Below are positions 58,201-64,000 of a stretch of DNA of 64,000 nt, piece by piece. A program made the position numbers and the translations under genes. The DNA is from an uncultured bacterium (GTDB taxonomy: Bacteria; Actinomycetota; Acidimicrobiia; Spongiisociales; UBA5794), in the NCBI GenBank assembly GCA_963801165.1, contig CAWDDT010000004.1, forward strand, positions 320,001 to 384,000, written 5' to 3'. Under the pieces are notes generated by a model. It worked only from the letters and a program-made list of their open reading frames with translations. It did not search any database and had not been told where the DNA came from. The first letter of the stretch is position 1, and every line of letters begins with the position of its first letter.

Positions 58201-58298
58201 TCCAGGAGCAGATGCTCAGCGACTACACGCCGGCCCAGTCGTTGGATGGGCTCACCCCCGACGACTATCCGCAGGTGCCGTTGATCACGGCGGGGTAG
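55263..58298 (+). CDS. GH57 amylopullulanase-like lipoprotein with C-terminal glucodextranase/DOMON-like domain
   Basis: Lipobox LAGAC, WHNHQP, HPILPL, GMWPGE, DGENAW, AEGSDWFWW and DPVGDD.GPG.Y.YP motifs. Confidence 0.9.
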   Translation: MYLRRIYLLLAVFAVLAGACTSATHETTSTTAATSTAAPTTTTEPPTDKLKLVLMWHNHQPLYPKDANGVVTRPWTRVHATKDYYDMAALVAQYPDLHVTFNMTPVLMLQLEELANGTKDIYWTTTEVPADQLTDEQKTFILDRFFDTNSEIIARFPRYQELSDRRDRPSSFSTADLRDLQVLFNLAWTDPSFLAEEPLASLVARGRDFTEDDKAVVLGEHERIIKGVLPLYSQLWDSGQIEVTTSPLAHPILPLIADTSLATVGDPTAILPQNRFRQLPDAIAQVEQGLDVAERLLGKRPVGMWPGEGAVAQLVMKIIEDGGVQWVATGEDVLAKTLDIGSFTRGENDLVQEAPTLYSMYKAQTSGNGVAMFFRDVVLADRIGFEYSGTDADVAADDFMSRLSDINDALDGVEGPKVVTVVVDGENAWENYQNDGIDFLNALYSRLTTSDFVETVTPSELLADYPNDVTPLPDIFPASWFQPNFATWIGEEEEAVAWDYLYKVRNDFGVAQRSGEYADDVIDRAYRTMLFAEGSDWFWWYGADQDSGDDGYFDRAYRQLLGQVYDILGMERPDFVSIPIIPETAVDPDNGITGLVTIPIDNEVDTPEWDQGGHYDLGGDLVGAVDYAFDTGNLYLRVDFSREVLGDHNASFDLYLDFPNSNQQWGLTMGGTVLGFNATNLLTWSGLDPVNLTGPAVYNNRHEETDLVTPAGFDGRRIEFAMPLESLPPMEPGDRITFRVVETSGGPDGSLLPEAGPGYIQVPDIANVDVRFESTDPVGDDHGPGDYTYPTDAVFTPGSYDLTDFTVGVSGEDAVFTFDVNAPIANPWGSPAGYSVQTFDLYIDTDPGAGTGARLLLPGRNAALEDSNGWEYGVTLEGWNPAIYVASADGTIEETNPTFRVIADAEGRLSARIPLELLGGGDPSTWGYAVALMSQEGYPSAGVRRVRDIRATAEQWQGGGAPDDANHTRIFDLLYPDEGVQEQMLSDYTPAQSLDGLTPDDYPQVPLITAG

Positions 58299-58305
58299 AG
58301 GGTTT

Positions 58306-58354
58306 CCCTCTCCCTCTGGGAGAGGATGCCGAGCGCAGCGAAGGCAGGTGAGGG
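58306..58354. repeat. Palindromic intergenic element (REP/CIR-like)
   Basis: CCTCTCCC-tct-GGGAGAGG followed by TGCC-GAGCGCAGCGAA-GGCA-GGTGAGGG, between convergent genes. Confidence 0.65.
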
Positions 58355-58430
58355 CCTTGCGAACCGGCAGAGACCATGGATCGAGGCTCTGGCTACAGAT
58401 CGGTTCGTGGGGCAGCGGGTTCCTCGACCG

Positions 58431-58844
58431 CTAGCGGTGCTGGCAGATGAAGCCGACGGTGGTTGCGTCTCCAGCGCCAACGAAAACAATGGTCGATCCG
58501 CACGAGAGCCCTGACGATGACTCGGTGGCCGAGACCAGATAGGAGCCGGGGTCCAGACTGGCGGAGTATGACCCTGTGGTGTCAATTGCCTGCAACGGTC
58601 GCGCGGCGATGCCGGTGGTAGTAGTGCTATCGGTGATTGGCCAGATCAGTATCTGTCCTGTCAAAGGTTGATCCGGTGTCCCGGCGCGGCCACCGGTTGC
58701 GATCAGCGTGCCCGCGATCGCGGACTGGCCCTGGGCGAGCGTCGTCGCCGGCCCAGTCGAGTCGGATGGCGACTCCGCCGACGTGCATTGCGACGTCATC
58801 AGGGCGACGGCCATTGCCAAAGCGAGAAGACCCAGCTTGATCAT
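58431..58844 (-). CDS. Hypothetical exported protein (possible lipoprotein)
   Basis: Signal peptide ending near Cys; G.YS..L.PG.Y motif of prealbumin-like folds. Confidence 0.6.
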   Translation of the reverse strand: MIKLGLLALAMAVALMTSQCTSAESPSDSTGPATTLAQGQSAIAGTLIATGGRAGTPDQPLTGQILIWPITDSTTTTGIAARPLQAIDTTGSYSASLDPGSYLVSATESSSGLSCGSTIVFVGAGDATTVGFICQHR

Positions 58845-58916
58845 GTAGCTCTGACGCTGGCGAAGTCCGGGGAGTTCCCGAGGTGCATTTCCAGCTACAG
58901 CGACGCGCCGAGCGAG

Positions 58917-59378
58917 CTACGAGTCCTTCGCGTATGCCTTGGCGACGTCCGAGAGTGCCTTGCGGGTTGCCCACCGCAGGAGACGATTCCCTCCCAGGGC
59001 TACGACCGCGAGGTTGATGCGTCCGCGAAGATTCGCCGCGGTCCGATCCCACCTAACGGCCACACGGCTGTCACCCGTCCCGTTCGGGGTGATGTCCATC
59101 GAAATGTGACTACCGGGTCTGCAGAAGTTCGACTCGACTGCGGTCCAGGTGATAGTCGTTGGGTGTGACCAGTCGTAGTGCTCGCGCGACCAGACCCTTG
59201 GGAGTGGGCTGCCCTCTGTGATCTCTGCGCGTGTCTCGTCAACCCAGTGCACCTGGTACGTCTTTGGGTCGAGTTGCGGCCACAGCTCCGGCCGCCGGTC
59301 GCTGAAATCGAGGAGTGCCCGCCGGATCAGTTCCGGTGCGACGTTGGACTCGACATCCACCTCGAGTGTCACCCGCAC
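58917..59378 (-). CDS. SRPBCC / polyketide cyclase-like protein
   Basis: DFS.RR.E.WP, W.RE.YDW and ESN motifs. Confidence 0.72.
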   Translation of the reverse strand: MRVTLEVDVESNVAPELIRRALLDFSDRRPELWPQLDPKTYQVHWVDETRAEITEGSPLPRVWSREHYDWSHPTTITWTAVESNFCRPGSHISMDITPNGTGDSRVAVRWDRTAANLRGRINLAVVALGGNRLLRWATRKALSDVAKAYAKDS

Positions 59379-59519
59379 AGATCCTCCAGCAAACCGACCA
59401 TGCGCAACTGACCCTACCCGAGCCGGATGAGCTGAGTGAGGTCATCAGCGCCCGTGCCGTCTTGCCGTCATTTGTTTCCAGGTTGAGGTTGTGGCGTAGC
59501 TGGGTCGGCCCTCGAGTTC

Positions 59520-59542
59520 TTGTCGGTGGCCTCCGGTATGAT
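59520..59542 (+). promoter_or_regulatory. RecA-NDp (PafBC-type) DNA-damage promoter
   Basis: TTGTCGGTG-N8-TATGAT matches the mycobacterial tTGTCRgtg-N8-TAnnnT consensus. Confidence 0.75.
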
Positions 59543-59557
59543 CGAACGTATGTTCGT
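59542..59557. promoter_or_regulatory. LexA (SOS) box
   Basis: TCGAAC-GTAT-GTTCGT versus the actinobacterial consensus TCGAAC-N4-GTTCGA; spans the ATG. Confidence 0.8.
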
Positions 59558-60872
59558 TTCTATTTCTGAGAATCCGGAGGAGATCACGCCTGGGGCCGGG
59601 TTGGCTCGGGTGTTGGAGTTGTTGGATTATGAACATGTTTCTCCGTTTGATTTGGTGCGGGTCCTCAAAGCGCAGCAACGGCAGGTGGCTCATTATCAGG
59701 CTGCGTCGTGTTGGTCGATGGATCGTCTTGTGTCTGTCTATCAACACTCCGATAGGGGCGACGATCCGAAGGATTTGGAGTGGGGGGTTGAGGGTGCCGC
59801 GGCAGAGATCGGTGCTGCGCTCTCTTTGACCCGTGCTTCGGCCGTATACGAGACTGGTTTGGCGTTGGATTTGTGTCGTCGTCTGCCCCGGGTGTGGCTC
59901 GACTTGTGTCTCGGGAAGTTGGATATGCGTCGTGCCCGGGTGTTGGTGGATGAAACGTTGAATGTCACTGAAACTATTGCCCGCAATGTGGTTGACAGCG
60001 TGTTGGTTGATGCTCCGGGGTTGACTACCGGCCAGTTGCGCCATCGTCTCCGCAAATTGTGTATCGATGCCGATCCGGGTGCTGCAGTTTGTGATTTTGG
60101 CAGGTCGATCCTGAATCGTAGGTTGGTTGTTGAGGCGAACCCGTCTGGTACCGCCAACATCCTCGGTTTGGATGTTGCCCCGCATGTGGCGGCATCGATT
60201 TCGAGGTGGATCCACAAACAAGCAATCAAGCTCAAGGATCTGGGTGATATCAGGACGATGGACCAGTTGCGTGCCGATATCGCCACCGACCTGCTGCGTC
60301 GCCGCTACCGGGCGGGGAAGGTGACCAGGGCTGACTTTGGGAACCTCGATATCAAAATGACCGCAGAGACGTTGACCGGTGTTAGTGACGAGTCGGCCGA
60401 ACTGGGCGGGTACGGGCCGGTTATCGCTGATGTTGCCCGGCAGGTGGCAGACCATCAGGAACATGTGGAACGGCGTTGGATGCTGATCGATCCGGACACG
60501 AAACAGGCCATCGACGGTGGTATCTGTCGGCGTAAACCGACCGTGTCGCACCGACGCCGGACCGAACTGTTACATCCGACCTGTATCCATCCCGGATGCA
60601 GGATGCCGTCGGTTGACTGTGACATAGACCATCGCATCCCATGGTCACAACGACTTATCACCTGCAGCTGCGACGTCGGCCCAATTTGCCGACACCACCA
60701 CGTCATCCGCCACACCTACGGTTGGAGCTACCAACTGGTATATGCGGCAGAGTTTGGCGGAGCCAAACTCCAACCCCACCGAAGGTGGGGCGGCGACTTC
60801 ATATTCACCACCCCCCTCGGCCACCAATACCGAACCAGCGGCAAACCCCTCACCACCGCCCGCGGGCCATAG
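59550..60872 (+). CDS. DUF222 (13E12-repeat-type) HNH endonuclease-domain protein
   Basis: EIGAAL.LT..A, RLP, RT.DQLRAD, EL.GYGPV and C.HPGC..CDIDH..PW..C..HH motifs. Confidence 0.9.
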   Translation: MFVSISENPEEITPGAGLARVLELLDYEHVSPFDLVRVLKAQQRQVAHYQAASCWSMDRLVSVYQHSDRGDDPKDLEWGVEGAAAEIGAALSLTRASAVYETGLALDLCRRLPRVWLDLCLGKLDMRRARVLVDETLNVTETIARNVVDSVLVDAPGLTTGQLRHRLRKLCIDADPGAAVCDFGRSILNRRLVVEANPSGTANILGLDVAPHVAASISRWIHKQAIKLKDLGDIRTMDQLRADIATDLLRRRYRAGKVTRADFGNLDIKMTAETLTGVSDESAELGGYGPVIADVARQVADHQEHVERRWMLIDPDTKQAIDGGICRRKPTVSHRRRTELLHPTCIHPGCRMPSVDCDIDHRIPWSQRLITCSCDVGPICRHHHVIRHTYGWSYQLVYAAEFGGAKLQPHRRWGGDFIFTTPLGHQYRTSGKPLTTARGP

Positions 60873-60983
60873 CCCCCGCTCCCGGGTCGGCTGCGGCTTT
60901 GCTGTGCCCGACGCTGGCTCACCTCCGAGATCGCTGCCGGGAAGGGACCGGTTGCTACCGTTTGTCGCGATGAGGGCTGAACG

Positions 60984-62666
60984 GTGATTCCGGTATTGCT
61001 CGCTGCCGGAGAGGTGGCCCCGAGCGGCGTGCTCAATGTCGAGATCTGGGCCGTCGTTCTGATTGCTATCGCCACCGTGGTAGCCATGGTCGCCCGGTTG
61101 GTCAAGGCGCCGTTCACCGTGCTCCTGGTGGTGGCCGGTCTTGCCATGGCTGCGTTCACCCGCACCGACATCATCATCTCGAAAGACCTGATCCTTGGTG
61201 TCTTTGTCCCGCCACTGGTTTTCGAGGCGACCATGCACTTACCGTGGCGGCGGCTTCGCGTCGACCTGGCTTCGATCATCACTCTTGCGGTTGCCGGGAC
61301 GTTGATCGGCACATTCGTTGTCGGTGCCATCGTTCGCCCGATGCTCGATGTGCCGTGGGCCGCAGCGCTTGCGTTCGGTGCGCTTATCTCGGCGACGGAT
61401 CCGGTTGCCGTCATCGCGCTGTTCCGAAGCCTCGGTGTCAGCAAGCGGCTGACCACCCTGGTGGAGGGGGAGAGCCTATTCAACGACGGCGCCGCCATCG
61501 TCATCTTCAACCTGGCGGTGGCGTCGGCGGTCGCAGGTACCGGCGGCTTCAGCCTCGGTGGGGCAATCTGGGATTTCGTCTCGGTCGCCTTCGGAGGATT
61601 GGCGGTCGGGCTCGTCCTCGGCTACATCGTCTCCAACGTCGTGCTGAAGAACCTCGACGATCACCTCGTCGAAACCGCGGTCACCGTGGCACTCGCTTTC
61701 GGGTCGTATCTGATCGCCGAGGAGTTCGGGGTGCTCGTGGGCATCGACGACCTGCACCTGAGCGGGATCCTCGCGGTGGTCGCCGCCGGTCTCGTCGTCG
61801 GCGATATCGGGCTCCGCAATACGTCCCCTCCAACCCGGCTCACCTTGGAGAACTTCTGGGAATTCTTGTCCTTCACGGTCAACTCCTTCGTCTTCCTGCT
61901 CATTGGTCTCCGCATCGACGTGCGCGATCTCGCCGGTCACGCCGATGCGGTGGTCATCGCCGTGGTTGCGATCCTGCTGGCGCGGGCGGTGATCGTCTAC
62001 GGGACGATGCTGGTGCAGAACAGGATCCGGGCGACCGAGTACGTGCCCGGCTCCTATCAGCACGTGCTCTACTGGGGAGGGCTGCGGGGGGCGGTGAGCC
62101 TGGCCCTGGCGCTGACGTTGTCGAGCTCTTTCGACAGCGATGTCGCCGGCGTATTGGAGCTAGCGACCTTTGGCGTTGTGCTGTTTACGCTCCTGGTGCA
62201 GGGCACGACGATAACCACGGTCGTCAAGCGGCTAGGTCTCGGGCGCCAGTCTCCCCTCCTGACAGACCAGCAGCGGCATCAGGCGTCGATCTACAGCAAG
62301 CGAGCGGGGCGTCGCGAACTGGAGCGACTACGCCGGGAGGGGGTTGTCCTGCCCCAGCTCTGGGCACCTCTCGACCGCCTGTACGAGGACGAGATCGCCT
62401 CTCATCGCCGGGTACTCGACCGCCACTTCCAGGACAATCCAGGTCTGGAAACAGCGATGTTCCTGCAAGCCAGATCCAACGCCCTCAACGCGGAGCGCAG
62501 CGCCGCGTTCGACGCAGCACGACGTGGTCTGATCAGTTCCGAGATAGCTCGGGACGTGTCGAATGAGCTGGCCAATCGACTGGCAGCCCTGGAGTTTCTG
62601 CGGTCACGGCTGGGGACCGCGCAGCAGATCGAGACCGAGCCGGATTCAGACGGGGACGGCTCGTGA
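60984..62666 (+). CDS. CPA1 family Na+/H+ antiporter
   Basis: PPLVFEA, SATDPVAV, EGESLFND, WGGLRGAVS and TLLVQG motifs. Confidence 0.94.
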   Translation: MIPVLLAAGEVAPSGVLNVEIWAVVLIAIATVVAMVARLVKAPFTVLLVVAGLAMAAFTRTDIIISKDLILGVFVPPLVFEATMHLPWRRLRVDLASIITLAVAGTLIGTFVVGAIVRPMLDVPWAAALAFGALISATDPVAVIALFRSLGVSKRLTTLVEGESLFNDGAAIVIFNLAVASAVAGTGGFSLGGAIWDFVSVAFGGLAVGLVLGYIVSNVVLKNLDDHLVETAVTVALAFGSYLIAEEFGVLVGIDDLHLSGILAVVAAGLVVGDIGLRNTSPPTRLTLENFWEFLSFTVNSFVFLLIGLRIDVRDLAGHADAVVIAVVAILLARAVIVYGTMLVQNRIRATEYVPGSYQHVLYWGGLRGAVSLALALTLSSSFDSDVAGVLELATFGVVLFTLLVQGTTITTVVKRLGLGRQSPLLTDQQRHQASIYSKRAGRRELERLRREGVVLPQLWAPLDRLYEDEIASHRRVLDRHFQDNPGLETAMFLQARSNALNAERSAAFDAARRGLISSEIARDVSNELANRLAALEFLRSRLGTAQQIETEPDSDGDGS

Positions 62667-63103
62667 CCCGGATCGTGTGTGCCACCAACGCCGGAGGAGC
62701 ATCCCGGGCAATGCACATCGCCGCCTTCCGCCGAGCCGCAGAAGCAGGCAGCTCCCTCACCTTCCTCCACGTACTCGGTGGTCAGGACTTCGACGAGCAG
62801 CCGGAACGGATGCGTGCCGCCATCCAGACGGAGATGGAATGGCTATTGCATGTGCTGGTCCGGGTGGCGCAGGATCGGAGCGAGGCATCCGATGTGCCGG
62901 TTTCGGTCGTCGTTCGCATCGGCGACCCGGCCGCGACGATCCTCGAAGTGGTCCAAGAGATCGAACCAGAGATGCTGCTGGTTGGTGTTCCCCGGGAGGG
63001 TGGCGCAAGCGTCTTCCACGACACGAGGTTCAATCACTTCGTAGCCCGCGTCGAAGAGCTGGGTGTGCGAATCGAGATCGTGTCGACAAAGCCTGGTGCG
63101 TAG
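62663..63103 (+). CDS. Universal stress protein domain protein
   Basis: RIVCAT, L.FLHV and GDP...IL motifs; GTGA overlap with the antiporter. Confidence 0.82.
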   Translation: MTRIVCATNAGGASRAMHIAAFRRAAEAGSSLTFLHVLGGQDFDEQPERMRAAIQTEMEWLLHVLVRVAQDRSEASDVPVSVVVRIGDPAATILEVVQEIEPEMLLVGVPREGGASVFHDTRFNHFVARVEELGVRIEIVSTKPGA

Positions 63104-63114
63104 GCAGCGCGGGC

Positions 63115-63591
63115 CTAATTCGCAAGACGTTGGTACGCCTCGATGAAGGTATCGGGATCGGCGAGCTTCGCAGCTTCCATGATCGCACCAGAGCCGTCGG
63201 AGAACTCGAAGACCATCTTGGTGGCGAGCTTGCCTTTGTCGTGGCTGATCGAGACGAGGTTGTCGAGGGGGATTGCCAACTCGAGACCCTTGGGTTTGCC
63301 GCTCAGCTGCGAATGTCCCCAGATGAGGAAACGCTTCGAGGTCAAGCCGATCACGTGACGCTTGTTGCCGAGCTGTGCGCCGATGCCGGTATCGGTGCTG
63401 ATCTCCATGACGTCACGTTTCTTCTCCTGGTTGCGTGTCACCGCAACGAGACCGGCGATCCCTCCGAGCTGCGCGCCGAGAGCGCGCCCCATAGCCCCGG
63501 CCGGCTGCACGAACACCCCGGCCTCCAACTGCTCGTCGGGCTGGAGATCGCTGCCGCACGTTTTCTCGATTTTCTTCTTCCAGTCGATCAT
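63115..63591 (-). CDS. Hypothetical protein (possible PH-like domain)
   Basis: GGGAG RBS, coding-like composition, IGLT.KR.LI motif. Confidence 0.65.
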   Translation of the reverse strand: MIDWKKKIEKTCGSDLQPDEQLEAGVFVQPAGAMGRALGAQLGGIAGLVAVTRNQEKKRDVMEISTDTGIGAQLGNKRHVIGLTSKRFLIWGHSQLSGKPKGLELAIPLDNLVSISHDKGKLATKMVFEFSDGSGAIMEAAKLADPDTFIEAYQRLAN

Positions 63592-63671
63592 GCGACTCCC
63601 CTCGGAAACGTTGAGGCGGGAACTTAGCAAATCTGGTTTGCATCTGCTGGATCCGCCAACGTGTCTGCGGG

Positions 63672-64000
63672 TCAGCCGCCCAAGGCAGCGGTCACCAGTT
63701 CCCGTGCCGCCGTCTGGACCTCGGCCAGATGTTCGGCGCCCTTGAAGCTCTCGGCGTAGATCTTGTAGACATCCTCGGTTCCCGAGGGGCGGGCGGCGAA
63801 CCAGGCGCTTTCAGTGGTTACCTTGAGCCCGCCGATCGCGGCCCCATTCCCGGGCGCTGCGGTGAGCACGTTGGTGATCGGCTCGCCCGCCAGTTCCGCG
63901 GCGGTCACCTGATCGGGGGACAGCTTGCCCAACACGGCCTTTTGTTCCCGGGTCGCCGGGGCGTCGATTCGGGCATAGGCCGGCTCGCCGTAGCGCTCGG
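63672..64000 (-). CDS. pgm: Phosphoglucomutase, C-terminal part (truncated by window edge)
   Basis: APGN...IGGLKV and [20 protein letters not shown] motifs. Confidence 0.93.
   Translation of the reverse strand, partial: ERYGEPAYARIDAPATREQKAVLGKLSPDQVTAAELAGEPITNVLTAAPGNGAAIGGLKVTTESAWFAARPSGTEDVYKIYAESFKGAEHLAEVQTAARELVTAALGG

Overview
High-GC, gene-dense bacterial chromosome segment. Gene content and order (topA-MFS-tmk-holB, tRNA-Thr-sigH-rshA, DUF2342-tilS-hpt-ftsH-folP-folK, panG-panC-coaX-lysS, DUF222-HNH, Cys-containing SLH repeats) point to an actinobacterium, most likely Acidimicrobiia (inference). About 60 CDS and one tRNA are present. Besides housekeeping genes there is a 2-oxoacid:ferredoxin oxidoreductase pair, a Trk K+ uptake operon next to a K+-dependent membrane pyrophosphatase, a form II cox (xanthine-oxidase family) cluster, tyrosine phenol-lyase, a GH57 lipoprotein and an SLH-anchored lyase. 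I see no CRISPR array, prophage or transposase. The most interesting signals are: (1) a DUF222-HNH gene with a matching PafBC/RecA-NDp promoter overlapped by a LexA box, plus a mirrored G/T-to-A/C composition gradient; (2) an 11-bp triplication forming two ATGA-coupled MRRV minigenes ahead of the pantothenate operon; (3) a phosphatase-fold protein lacking its catalytic Cys in the folB position, followed by a FolK with a membrane tail; (4) an apparent ATC start codon; (5) a 48-aa membrane sORF and an exported protein inside the Trk operon; (6) a covarying GCGAAGC-hairpin repeat family and several intergenic tandem repeats. All calls come from reading the sequence; no database searches were run.
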